Source: Guillardia theta CCMP2712
Lineage: Eukaryota; Protista; Cryptophyta
Length of the DNA stretch: 59,390 nt
Direction of reading: 5' to 3'
Assembly (NCBI RefSeq): GCF_000315625.1
Contig: NW_005434496.1
Span: 35,679-95,068 of the forward strand
A model generated the notes under the pieces. The model had not been told where the DNA came from, searched no databases, and saw only the letters and a list, made by a program, of their open reading frames with translations. Position numbers and translations under genes: made by a program. This document shows positions 1 through 11,967 of the stretch, one piece after another (position 1 is the first letter of the stretch; every line of letters begins with the position of its first letter).

Positions 1-440
1 GGAGAGGAGAGGAGAGGAGAGGAGAGGAGAGGGGAGGAGAGGAGAGGTAAGGAGAGGTAAGGGAAGAGGAGGAGAGGAGAGGAGAGGAGAGGAGAGAAGA
101 GGAGAGGAGAGGAAAGTGACTTACTGCAACGGAGACACTTGGTGCCCTTGCCAGTTGGACCTAACCAGTAGCGTGAGAAGAGAAGAAAAAGAATGAGGCA
201 AGGAGGAAGGAGAAGGGAGGAGAAGGGAGGAGAAGGGAGGAGAGGTTGGAGGAGAGGTTGGAGGAGAAGGGAAGAGAAGGGAAGAGAGGTTGGAGGAGAA
301 GGGAGGAGAAGGGAGGAGAAGGGAGGAGAAGGGAGGAGAAGGGAGGAAGGAGAAGGGAGGAGAAGGGAGGAGAGATGCAAGTTAAGAGGAGTTCCAGGTA
401 AGGAGAAGGGGAGGGAAGGGAAGTGAAGGAGAGTAGAGGA
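1..440. repeat. Purine-rich (GGAGA)n and related low-complexity repeats in carrier introns
   Basis: Visible GGAGA and GGAGAAGG tandem units flanking the 125-161 exon. Confidence 0.9.
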
Positions 441-1842
441 TGACACTACCATTTCTTCTTGAGACCCTCGTAGATGGGAAACTGAATCAAAGAGAACGGA
501 ATCTCTCTCATAACAGTGGTGAAGTATCCGACATAATATCTTCCCTCTCGTCACGTTTCATAACATCACGAAGTGCAGAATCGTCACCCGGAAAACCCCT
601 GAGTTGAGTTGATTCCCCTGATTGCATCCATGGTTGACTTGTACATCCCGGCCTGTTGAGAAAGAACAAGAATCAGCAGTCAGCGTGATGGAAGAAATTG
701 AAGGGGAAGAAAAGAATCGGAAGGGAGGAGGAGGAACGAGATGGATGAGAGGGAGACAGGGAGGAAGCGAGAGGAAGGTGGCGGAAGGCGTAGGTGGGAA
801 GGGAGACATATGGAGGAAAGGGTTGAGGTAGAAGAGCGATGAACGTCAAGACGTCAGAAAGAGTCGGAGAACAGGAAGGAGGGAGGAGGGAGGATTGACC
901 TGCATCTTTTGCTTCACGTTCTCGGTAGGAACGCGAACTGAAAACAGGAAGATCAGCACAAGGCAAGTGATGATTGAAGGGTTTGAGAAGAGCTGGAGGT
1001 TTCTTTCAAGAATGAAACTTGACAGGTTGTGATGGTAGTGACCAAAGTCTGACCTACCCAGGCAAGCAGCGACTTCACCAGCAGAAGACGCCATCTGAAA
1101 CGCAGTCAGGACCTTGTCTCCACTCTATCTCAACCATGTCACCATGTAGCATCCACTGTGATACTTCTCATCGAAGCGCTTCAGCAGCACGTTCTTCGAA
1201 GTCTCGTAGCTACCAAGCAGAATCAAGGGGTGAAGGGTGAATGTGGGGAGGAGGAGGAGGTGTTCATGGATGTGATTGTAGTGATGATGGTGGTAGTGGT
1301 GGTGATGGTAAAGAGAAAGAGAAAGAGAAAGACGCTGAAGAAGGAGAGGAAGAGGAAGAGGAAGGAGAAGAAGAAGGTGGTGGTGGGGATGATGATGTAG
1401 TTGATGTTTGTTGTGATGATAGTTGTGAGGAACATGATTATGCGTCAGATGTCAGACGAGCGAGCATCTTCTTACGTAGAGAAGAAGAGAGCTGCTCCCG
1501 GCGCAGATCCTGCTGCAGCAGACGCCAGCCCGTTGTAAACTCCCTTGAAGCCTCCTGCTGCCATGAAGCCTTGAGGCGACTGCAAAGATGATCCATGAGA
1601 AGACAAGGAGGGAATGAGCCGGAGGAGGAGGAGAAGTAGGAGGAGGAGAAGTAGGAGGAGGAGAAGTAGGGTGAAGGATGATCATGGAAGGCGGGAGGAA
1701 GGAAGTGAGAGAAGGAAGTGAGATCAACCTGTAGCCTCGTCTTGATGGTGTCGATGGGGAACAACGCAACATCCACGGCCGTTCCTGCGCATCCGCCCGC
1801 TAGCAGAGCTACAACGAAAGGCGTCTCCTTCTGTTCACTCAT
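125..1842 (-). CDS. SAMC: Mitochondrial carrier, S-adenosylmethionine carrier-like (SLC25A26/PET8); multi-exon, runs off the window start
   Basis: Exon 1 [38 protein letters not shown] contains the carrier signature PxDxxKxR. Later exons give [13 protein letters not shown] (~900-945) and a [18 protein letters not shown] exon (~451-526). The last visible exon is 125-161 with a GTAAGT donor. Confidence 0.9.
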
Positions 1843-2759
1843 CTTCTGCGCACGTGCTTCAGTTCTCAATGCCCTTCAGACGGCGGTTTCATCTTGCATT
1901 ACACGATACAGCATGGAAGAGCGAAAGAGAATGCTACATGATCAATATGTGAAATACTCTCTACCATGCTAGACACTTTACAACCATCCTTCTTGCACCT
2001 TCAGTCTTCGAACATCCCTGTCAACTATATAGTCCTCTCCATCATCTCGCACTAATGTAACAATTGAAGTTCCTCAAACAAGATCTCTGCCTGGTTGATT
2101 ATCCTCATGCTTTTTGCTCCTCGTGCTACTTCTCGTCCTGCTCCTGCTCCTGCTCCTGTTCTTGATACTCACCATGATCCTAATCCTACTGTTATTGTTG
2201 TTGTTGCTGCTGCTGCTCCTCCTCCCGATCCTCCTCCTCCTCCTCCTCCTCCTCCTTCCAAGCGTCCCTGTACTTCCAGGATCAAGGCCATTGCCCAGCC
2301 TCCATGGGCTACCCCACCCCAGCCCTCATCCATCCTGTCATCCATCTAACAAGGGGTAATCAACACTAACTTGTACAAGGGGGGTACTTGACCCCAACAT
2401 TTCATTCTAAACTTAATCACTCAAAAGTTATGTGATACTACTAAGTTGTAGTGACTAAACTTTTCGTTTGACCATCGCGAAGTTGTACCCCATCATGGTC
2501 AAGTGTACCCTTGCAATTGCAATGAACCCCCTATCTTCATATCAAATATACCGGTCCTCTTAGAAGAAGATTACTACCCCTCCTTCAAACACCCTACCTC
2601 ACACGGTCCCTACCCACAAGTCAGTGTGCCCCGTGTAAAGCATGTCCCAAGCATAGTTGGCGAACAATTTTTGAAATCGTTTTGATTATATCCTTGGTAT
2701 TTCAAAGTTTGTAGAGACTTTCAAAGCCTATTCAGCCATTTTTCCTAAATGTCTCGCAG

Positions 2760-3140
2760 GGTCACGCGCAGACGATGGGCCAATGCCGCCGGAGGGCCCT
2801 GGGCCCGCCGGGCTGTTTTTAGAAAAATTCCGCCGTTACAGACGCCGTTATCAAAATCTCCGTCAGCCGCCGGCCCGGCGCTCCGAGCTCACAAGTTACG
2901 ACGGCGAAGTGACTCGGAGGCTAAACGTGACGCCCCCGGCGGCCGCCGGGGCCCGGCGGCCGGGCGAGAGTGTGGCCGTCACTGGATCACTGTCATGCAT
3001 GGCATGCTGACGGTCGCCGCCCCCCCGGCGGGCGGCCGGCCCGGCCGGGCCGGGCCGGCCGCCATGCATTGCGGCCGCTGTACTAGTGACGCGGCCGCGG
3101 TGACGGTGCGGTGACGGTGACGGTCACCGGGTGCCAGGCC
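2760..3140. other. GC-rich, palindrome-dense intergenic island between divergent genes
   Basis: Dense GGCC/CCGG/GCGGCCGC and GTGAC/GTCAC words; flanked on both sides by TACCC-rich DNA (~2300-2650 and ~3200-3700). Confidence 0.6.
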
Positions 3141-4137
3141 ATGTATGATCTGTAACGGAAAAGAACGGCTATTCAATGAGGACCATTTGTGCCAAAAATA
3201 TATTCCGAGGCCCACCTGCCTGTTCACTACCCCACCCTAATCGTACCCTACCCCCAATGTTTCGTCAATTTAACGAAGAGATTATATCAAAGCACCCCTG
3301 TCAAGTACTACCCTACCCCCAAGTTTGAACATACCTTTATCATTCGGAATATCGGAATATCTCACTACCCCCCATGGGCCCCAGCCTTCACCCACCCTTT
3401 CACACCACCCTACCCCCTATTTCCTCGCTCTTATCTTTACATCCTGCATTGCCATCATTACATTCACTACCCTACCCATACATATATCCTCAGTTAGACC
3501 GTAAACGCACGGGTATGGAGTAGGACCCCACCCTGAATATTGAATTGAGAGGCAATAATAGTTCCGACTTTTACTTGTATTGGAAAAACATCGTACGGTA
3601 GTGAATCTCAGTACCCCCCAACCCCGGATATTTCCCCAAATTAGTACCCCTCCCTCCCCATGTGACTACCCTACCTGAGGTAGAAAACTCCGACTGGGTA
3701 CAGGCGCTATGCGGCGTGTGTAGGCAACCAGGAAGGGGTAGAGAAGGGAGAGGAGGAGGAGGATGGGGGGAGAGAGTGACAGGGATAGAAGCGACGACAG
3801 ATCACGGAGAGGAGCATGTACGAGGGACAGAGACAGAAGATCAAGAGAAACACACGCGAATTGAGGGGACTAGGAAAGGCAGGAAGTTTACAAATGCTCG
3901 CTTGTTTAGTGTTATGGAGGACAACAAGGTCTTTAGCCTGCAGACGAGTTTTGATGTGGATTCTACTAATCCGAGTCTCTAGAATATCCCGAACATTTCT
4001 GAGATGGAATGTGCCCGACTCGTTGATACATTAGCACTGTTTCATTATTTGTTTCACTCACACTTACAAGTTCATCTCAGGATACCTACCAGCATGTCAG
4101 ACCTCGGCATCAGACGTCGGAGCGGAAAGCACGATGA

Positions 4138-7100
4138 ATGAGAGAGCGAGAGAGCAACGAACCAGCCATGAAGGCAGTTGATGTGCAGGTCCTTAGCCAC
4201 GAAAGGCCTGAACCTGTTGTACTGCATACGCCATCAGACTCTTCGGGTAGCAAGATGAGGTTTTCCCATACCGCAGAGAGAACTTTACCCTTCGCAAACC
4301 AGAAGCTCTGCTCGAAGAGCGAGTACTCGGAATGGTTGAGAGCAGAAGAGCTTTCCCAGCGGCACAGGCACAAACAGGTGTACAACTTCATGAAGCTGTT
4401 CGAAAAGGACCAAGGCGAGAAGAATGCGTTTCGCAATTCAATTTTCTCTTCAAAGCTTGCAAGGGATTTCTGTTCTGGAATCAACATCCCCACTCTTGCG
4501 TCAGGCATGCTGATCTCTGATATCATCTCACTGCTCCATAAATGCCAGCACTTGATCGTCAGGATGGAGCACGGAGCTGACGGGGATCCTGAGGAGAATG
4601 GCGCGAGGGAGATCCTGTGTTCAGTGTTTGACCTGTCTTGTCATATCGTCCAGCTGGAATCTTTGTCCATTCCGATGTACACCATCATTCACAAATTCAA
4701 CAGCTGCTTGACGATGCCAGCAGACAGCACTTGCGAGGAGGTACTGAGAAACATGTTCTTGACGCAGCTGCAAGACATTGGGTTGCGAGACAAGGACGGG
4801 AGTATCGTAGGAGTTGTGAAGTTTCAGGCGATCTTTGAGCTCGTTGCCGAAACGAAGGAGTTTGCACAGAAAGATCAGATCTTCCGCTTCTCGAACTATT
4901 ACAAGCTGGATGACGACGACGATGAGGATGTTTTCGATCCTAACGAGAAGGAGACCGAGGCTGTACTGATAGACAATAGTGGGACCACACTGCAGTCGAC
5001 GTTGAAGAAAGCTGCGTTCGAGTGGCTGAACAGTCTCTTCACTGAAATCCTGATCCTTTCTCTGCTCCTCCTGGACGGCATTGTGAATGTATCCGCACTC
5101 TTCATTGATCCGTCTTCGGACGGATGCTCTTACCTGATCACCCCCAAGACAACAGTGACATGCGTTGCTATGTTTGTGTTCATGTATGAGACAGTGATCA
5201 GACTGATGGTGTACAATCGCAGCCTGCTCGCCTTCCCGATCGAGACTCTAGACGTCTCTGTGGTGTTGATCTCGTGCGTGCTGCTGGCAATCTCCATCTT
5301 CGTCCAGAGTGTCCATTCAACCATTCACATCATGATCATCGTTGCAAGGGTTGTCCGTGGACTGAAGCTCCTCAAACTGACGAAGCAGATGCGGCTGATT
5401 GTCAGCAGGCACAAGAGCAGATACAGGGAGGATGGTTTTGACCTGGACCTGACGTACATCACACCCAACTGCATCGCTATGTCCTTGCCCGCAAGCGGAG
5501 CAGAAGCACAATACAGGAATCCTATCATGGAGGTTCAAAGATTCTTTGAGACCAAGCACAGCAATCGGTATCTCATCTTTAACCTCTGCGCCGAGAGATC
5601 ATACGACAAGGCGTTGTTCAAGGGACAGGTCTGTTCTTGTTCTTTCTCTTTCTCTTTCTCTTGTTCTTGTTCTTGTTCTTGTTCGTGTTCTTGTTCTTGT
5701 TCTTGTTCTTGTTCGTGTTCGTGTTCTTGTTCTTGTTCTTGATGATAATTACGGTGATTATAACGAAGACGGCGATCATGACCACGACGATGATGATCAT
5801 GTTCCAAACAAAATATCCATATGCAATCATTGTTCTATACCAGCTCATTGTGTTAGATGTCACTTCAAGTCTTGCAATGACAAGATGTCGTGGTAGGTTG
5901 TCAGAATCAAGGTCCATGATCACAATCCCCCTCTGCTAGACCAGTTGCTGGAATTTCTTGATCGTGTCACCAAGTGGATAATCTTAGACAAGGAGAATGT
6001 GATTGCAATACATTGCAAGGGAGGAAAAGGGCGAACAGGGACCTTCATCTGTGCGTGGTTGTTGTACTCGTCGATCGTTAGGACAGGTGAGATGCTTGTC
6101 AGAGGTTGTTGGAGGAGGTGACAAGATCTTGACAGCGGAGGAAGCGATGCAATGGTTCTCATCGCATCGAACGGGGATGGTGATGATGATGATGTTGTTG
6201 TGAGACTGGGGATGATGTTGTTTGAAGGGGAGGAGGTCAAACCAAGGTGTTACAGCTGCAAGTCAGAAGAGGTATGTGAGCTATATCGAGAGGATCATTC
6301 GAGATGGCGGCCATGCCACAAGGACTTTGCTGCTGAAGAAGGTTATTATGCACACTTGTCCAAAGGTGAGAAGTTTGGGGTGAAAAGAAGAGGATTTCTG
6401 GGAAGAAGATTGTGATGTTGCAACTGATGCGAGGTGTAAGGAGATATGTGGCAATGTTTGATTGGCAGAGATGAAGTGAGGCGATATGAGATGAGAGCAT
6501 GAGACGAGATGGAATGAGATAAAGAGTTGCAATAGGAAGGGCAGGGCAGGGAAGGGAAGGGAAGAGAAGGGAAGGGAAGGGAAGGAAACAGAATTGAAGA
6601 GGAAAGAAGAGGAGAGAAGAGGAAAGCAAAGAAGAGAAAGAAGAGCAGATCTGCAATGGGAGGCGATGTGACGCGAGATATGATGTGAGTTGTTCAGATG
6701 GATGTCGATGGAGGTTGCGACCCCTGGTTTCAGATCGAGAAAGATGGCAAGAAGATTTACGACTCGAGCGTTGCAAACAATGGCAAAGTGATCAACATGG
6801 CGAAACGCCAGGAGCTGATGCAGTTTAACAACATCGACGTCAATCTTCACGGAGATGTTTGCTTTCGATTCTTTGACAGAGACTACGTGCCTCCTCAGGT
6901 GAGATAACAGAGGAGAGTGAAGCGAGGAGGGTAGGAAATCAAAGAGAGGAGGAGGGAGGATGATGATGGGAGAAGAGTGAGGATAATGGTGGGAGAGGAG
7001 AGAGGAGAGGAGGGAGGAGAGAGGAGAGAGGAGAGGAGAGGAGAGTGGAGAGTGGAGAGAGGGAATATGAAAGGCTGACAAGGGTGACATGTTGGTATCA

Positions 7101-9174
7101 AGAGGCATTCAGATTTGGTTGTGACGTTCCTGTAGGATGAACTTATTTGCTTCTTCACCTTTCACACCGGGTTTGTCGATACCAGGAGGACAATTTTCTA
7201 CAAGGACGAGATTGACATAGCAAGTTCCGACCACTCCTGCAAAATTTTCCGGTCGGACTTTGCCATCGAGCTGATCTTCTCGTCCGACAACAGCCGGCAC
7301 GGCATCTCAGACACAGTTTCAGGTGTCATGTCAGATGCCTCATTCATGACCTGGAAGACTTTTTCAAAAGCTCCCATCAGCATCTTGGAGATGTCGCGGA
7401 AGATCTGCAAGGAGAAGGACCGGGCAGTAGAGTGCGGCAACTTTGCTGTCAACGTTGAAGTTGATAGGGACGCTTCAAGAGTAGAGGAGTCGCGACTCGA
7501 CTGGTTCGTTCCAACGGGCCCGAAGATCGACTTCGGCTCAGTCAGCCTGTTCTGTGACTCTGAGCTGGGAAGGGGAAGGCACAACAGCTCCATTTGCTTC
7601 CCTCCCGTCCACCAGCACAAAGATGAAGAACTTGTGAACGAGGACGCAGCTCAGACTGTGCGGTCCAACTTCATAGACTGCAGGTATATCACAGCGAGGA
7701 TCCTCGCGTTCTCGACCAAGAAGATGTCGCAACGCATGTTCGGCAAGCATCACACGGCGAGGGTGAGCCATTTTTTCAGCGCAGACACTTCAACCGTCTG
7801 ATGGTGCTTGAGCTCGACGACGTGCTGCCGTCATCAGTGCAAGACGATCTCTTCCTCAAGAGAGTTGTCAATCACTATCCTATCAGACAGGGCGATCCTC
7901 CTGCCATGGAGTCGATGCTTACCATATGCATGAAGTTGCACTCCTTTCTGCAAGAAGATTCCAACAACGTGATCGCAATGGGGTCCAAGAACGGGCTGGC
8001 AAGGCCAGGATTTGTTATCATCTGCTACCTGCTCTTTTCAAGGTTTTGCCCGGATCGGGAGACAGCAGTGAAGTACTACAACAAGATGACAGGCTGTGAC
8101 AAGCACCATCCCTTCTCGAAGGCTCAGTTGAGGTACCTGATCTACTTTGAAAGTCTGCTCCAGATCCTATCAGACCGAATCCCGTTCTACCATCTTGAAG
8201 AGAACAAGTCGCCAGCATTCGCCATCTTTCGCATCCGCATCTCTTCTGTCTCGAAGCATCAGATGTGGTCAGACTCGACCATGCAGGTTCACATCAACGT
8301 CGTCGATCATCTCTACCATCAGAAGCACGAGGTGTACTCCTCCTCCCGCTTCGAGTCCTCGCAAGTGAGCAAGGAGATTGTCTGGGACCTTGACATCAAA
8401 CCCGCTCTGCGAGTGGCTGGAGATGTTCAGATTATCGCGTATGATTACAAGTACTTTGGCACAACTCAGGTGTTTGCGTATTGGTTTCATTCTACTTTCT
8501 GGATGCAAGAGTTGTCGGCTGAGAGCTCTCAGTTTGCTCCGATCGACAACACAAATCTCAACCTGCCGGGGCATGCGAGTGTGATCAAACTCAACGTCGA
8601 CGAGCTTGACTTCGCTGAGGGAATTGACATGTCGGAAGATAAGTTCGATGTGGAGATCTTCGTTGCTCCTCTTCATGAGACCTATGGCACTGGACCCAAG
8701 ATGAAGTCGGTGAGATATGATGGAGATGATGATGAAGATGATGAAAATGATGGAGGAGGAGGAGGAGGAGGAGGAGGAGGAGGAGGAGATGTTGATGGGG
8801 ATTCCGAGAATAGAGGGGATCATGAATATGATAACTTGAACGTGTAACTCCTCCGTTTCACTGTTTGACTTTGCTCGCAGCGGATGAGCAGGAGTACAAG
8901 CCGCCCTTCGGCCTTTCAGCAGGAATTCTACAATCAGAAACGTTACTTTGAGCAAACTTTAGCAAACCTCGGAAACAGTTTCACTTTCGAAGCATGGCAG
9001 CACGCAAACTTGACTGAGGACAAATCTCTCCTGCACGGGAGCTCGAAGGGCCATGAATGTCCATCTCCCAAACATTCTTATGAGGATTCTGTTGATGAAG
9101 ACAGCTCTTACACAGAGCCAGTTCCTCTCCGCCCGATTCTGAGTGTTGACATACCAAAGAAATCGGTTGTGTGA
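4138..9174 (+). CDS. VSP: Voltage-sensing phosphoinositide phosphatase (VSP/TPTE-like): VSD + PTEN phosphatase + C2, followed by a second pseudo-PTEN + C2; multi-exon
   Basis: Four TM helices with S4 [14 protein letters not shown]. Linker [21 protein letters not shown], then NLCAER, HDHNPP, active site [10 protein letters not shown] (6011-6040), SQKRYV and C2 motifs [15 protein letters not shown]. The second unit has [39 protein letters not shown] and YWFHSTF. Exact start and last exon are tentative. Confidence 0.88.
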
Positions 9175-9198
9175 ATATTCAAAAGGTAGTTGTTATGT

Positions 9199-9374
9199 TA
9201 TTTATTTACATTTTAAGGTTAATACATGATATTCACGTTCACAATTTCTGTTTGATGTTGTATGACATGGAAGGGATCCTAGCTGTAATGTATTTATTTA
9301 CATTTTAAGGTTAATACATGATATTCACGTTTACACTTTCTGTTTGATGTTGTATGACATGGCAGGGATCCTAG
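9199..9374. repeat. Imperfect ~85-bp AT-rich direct duplication between two convergent 3' ends
   Basis: tatttatttacattttaaggttaatacatgatattcacgtt...gggatcctag occurs at ~9199-9282 and ~9291-9374. Confidence 0.9.
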
Positions 9375-9402
9375 ACTCGATGACAACTTGTCTTTCTTTC
9401 TA

Positions 9403-11867
9403 TCATGAGATATCCGACCGGCAGATTGGGCAGTGTGCTGAGGATCGGTCTTCTTTCTCCATGACCCAACTTGGTAAAGTCAGCAGGAGGAAGGTCGAGG
9501 GAGGCAAGAGGCAGGAGAAAGAAGAAGCAAATCAAGAAGGGAGGGAGTGAAGGAGGAAGATAGGGAGGGAGGGAGGAAGAGAGGGAGTGAAGGAGGAAGA
9601 GAGGGAGTGAAGGAGGAAGAGAGGGAGTGAAGGAGGAAGAGAGGGAGTGAAGGAGGAAGAGAGGGAGTGAAGGAGGAAGAGAGGGAGTGAAGGAGGAAGA
9701 GAGGGAGTGAAGGAGGAAGAGAGGGAGTGAAGGAGGAAGAGAGGAGTGAGAGAGAGAGGAGNNNNNNNNNNNNNNNNNNNNNNNNNNNNNNNNNNNNNNN
9801 NNNNNNNNNNNNNNNNNNNNNNNNNNNNNNNNNNNNNNNNNNNNNNNNNNNNNNNNNNNNNNNNNNNNNNNNNNNNNNNNNNNNNNNNNNNNNNNNNNNN
9901 NNNNNNNNNNNNNNNNNNNNNNNNNNNNNNNNNNNNNNNNNNNNNNNNNNNNNNNNNNNNNNNNNNNNNNNNNNNNNNNNNNNNNNNNNNNNNNNNNNNN
10001 NNNNNNNNNNNNNNNNNNNNNNNNNNNNNNNNNNNNNNNNNNNNNNNNNNNNNNNNNNNNNNNNNNNNNNNNNNNNNNNNNNNNNNNNNNNNNNNNNNNN
10101 NNNNNNNNNNNNNNNNNTCTTCCCATCCTCTCCTCCCCTACTCTCCATCTCTCTTCCCTTTTCCCTTCCTCTCACCTCTCGTTCCGAAACAGTTTTCGAA
10201 CAAACTCCTCGCTTCCCGTAGTCGCGAATGTGCGAGTCGACGTACCTGGAGTGCAGCTCAGCTCAGCTCAGCTCAGCTCAGCTCAGCTCAGCTCAGCTCA
10301 GCTCAGCTCAGCTCAGCTCAGCTCAGCTCAGCTCAGCTCAGCTCAGCTCAGCTCAGCTCAGCTCAGCTCAGCTCAGCTCAGCTGCCCGCATGACAAAATT
10401 CTGTACCTCTTCCGCACCATCTGCGAACATCGCGGACATCTCACAAACTCCAGACCTCCCGGGTCGAACTGACTTTTGAGCAAACTAGAAGGTGTAGCAG
10501 GAGGGTCGGAAAGTGTTGTTGACGTCTCTCGAACAGGCTGTCTGTTAGCTGACAACATCTTGTCCCTGTTCCTTGTGATCTGATCAACACTGCAGAAGGT
10601 CGTGGCGCTGCCAGAGTTGTCACAAGAACAACTTCGCAACGACTTTACACTCACTTTCCAAGGAACTTCCTGATCAAGTTGGCTGTGAGGGGAACATACT
10701 TGTTAGGAGAGGACTTTGAATTCCTGTTGACATGCGTCTGACTTTGGACGACTTTAGCGGATGAAGTGCTTGAGCTGTTTGGAAAGCAATCATCACAACC
10801 ACATTGCAACACAACAGGCATCATGTTTGTCGTTCAGACGTTGCTATCTCTCATCATTTCATCTCTCATCTCAACAACCCGCAAACTCATCATTTAACAC
10901 CTCCACCAACAACCTGTCTTCATCTTGAGCTTGGAAACCTCTTTCTCGGCTCTGAACGGCCCACTTTCCACCCCAATTTCCATCCTGCATGGCTCGCAGG
11001 CAACTGCCGAGCATGTCAAAGTGTCTTAATTTCATCATCATCATCATCATCATCATCTCACCCTCCGCAGAACCACTGGCCCTCAGGGACTCGTGGCAGC
11101 GGCGGCTTCAGACAGTACAAGTGATACCCATCATTACACCGATCACACTTCGAGACAAAAAATCAGTCAGCTCGAGAGGCAGCCGCTTGTTTCTACCAGC
11201 AGCATCTTCGCTTCATCTTCTGGACTCTCACAGACCTGTCGAGCTTGTCAGGAAACAAACTCTCTGAAACATCAAGTCTTTCCTGGCACATGTGCTCTGA
11301 TGAGACCTCTGCGCCGTCGGGCACGTTTGCGCTGGCAGTTTGTCTGTTTGAGATTATCAGGTCGAGATTGAAGAGAGAAACTATGATGTGACGAGACAAA
11401 GATTGATGACATGAGCGAGAAAGGAGTGAGAGAAGCTGGTAAGATTGAGATGACAAGGCTTTAAACAACTTACTCGTTGGTGAAATCGTCTGACAAGATC
11501 TGATAACTCGATGTGGCACTTTTCCTGCCACAGAGGTTGGTGATTATCATAGAAATCTTTGTTGGTATTACTGCTCATCCGGATTGAACGACGGATCCTC
11601 CGACTCTTCCTCTACACTTGGCGACCTTGGCAATCTTTGAGCAGATTTTGTCGAACGGTCTTCAAAGATCAAGTAGAGATGTCAAGTCACCAACAAACTC
11701 ATACAATCGGATCTCATACCTGATGCTCTGTGTTGTACATCTCGATTCTTACAGCGAGAACAGAACCAGTCGGTGTCAGGAATGCTTGCAAACTTCTTTC
11801 AGAGATGGGGAGTGGTGACAGCACAAGACTAACGCGTTGAGCGCTGGTCGTAGGCAGTAGATGTGAT
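9403..11867 (-). CDS. PHD-finger x2 + C2HC-like zinc finger + C-terminal RING protein (chromatin reader / E3 ligase-like); interrupted by both N gaps
   Basis: Spliced exons give [11 protein letters not shown]|[11 protein letters not shown] (PHD1 C-half), MCQ|[13 protein letters not shown]|[29 protein letters not shown]|C (PHD2), [11 protein letters not shown]|[15 protein letters not shown] and terminal [21 protein letters not shown] (RING C-half). None of these is shown intact in the ORF track. Linkage of the RING exon across the 9762-10117 gap is inferred. Confidence 0.8.
9541..9745. repeat. 20-bp tandem repeat (gagggagtgaaggaggaaga)n, intronic, next to an assembly gap
   Basis: About 10 visible copies before the N run. 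Confidence 0.95.
9762..10117. other. Assembly gap
   Basis: Run of N. Confidence 1.
10256..10380. repeat. (GCTCA)25 microsatellite inside the minus-strand intron 10246-10406
   Basis: 25 perfect pentamers between the GTACAG donor at 10406 and the CTCCAG acceptor at 10246. Confidence 0.95.
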
Positions 11868-11967
11868 NNNNNNNNNNNNNNNNNNNNNNNNNNNNNNNNN
11901 NNNNNNNNNNNNNNNNNNNNNNNNNNNNNNNNNNNNNNNNNNNNNNNNNNNNNNNNNNNNNNNNNNN
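11868..11967. other. Assembly gap (100 N, probably of unknown size)
   Basis: Run of N. Confidence 1.

Noticed and set aside
2749-3227. Ala/Gly/Arg/Pro-rich ORFs in GC islands (also 36703-37077, 55745-56272)
   Set aside because: Expected from very high GC content; no domain or splice support.
5629-5742. Poly-(Cys-Ser) C-terminus of ORF 4138-5742
   Set aside because: Read-through into an intronic (TCTTGT)n repeat after the CAG|GTCTGT donor; the PTEN domain resumes at ~5897.
10228-10479. (SSAQL)n repeat proteins
   Set aside because: Translation of the (GCTCA)25 microsatellite lying in a minus-strand intron.
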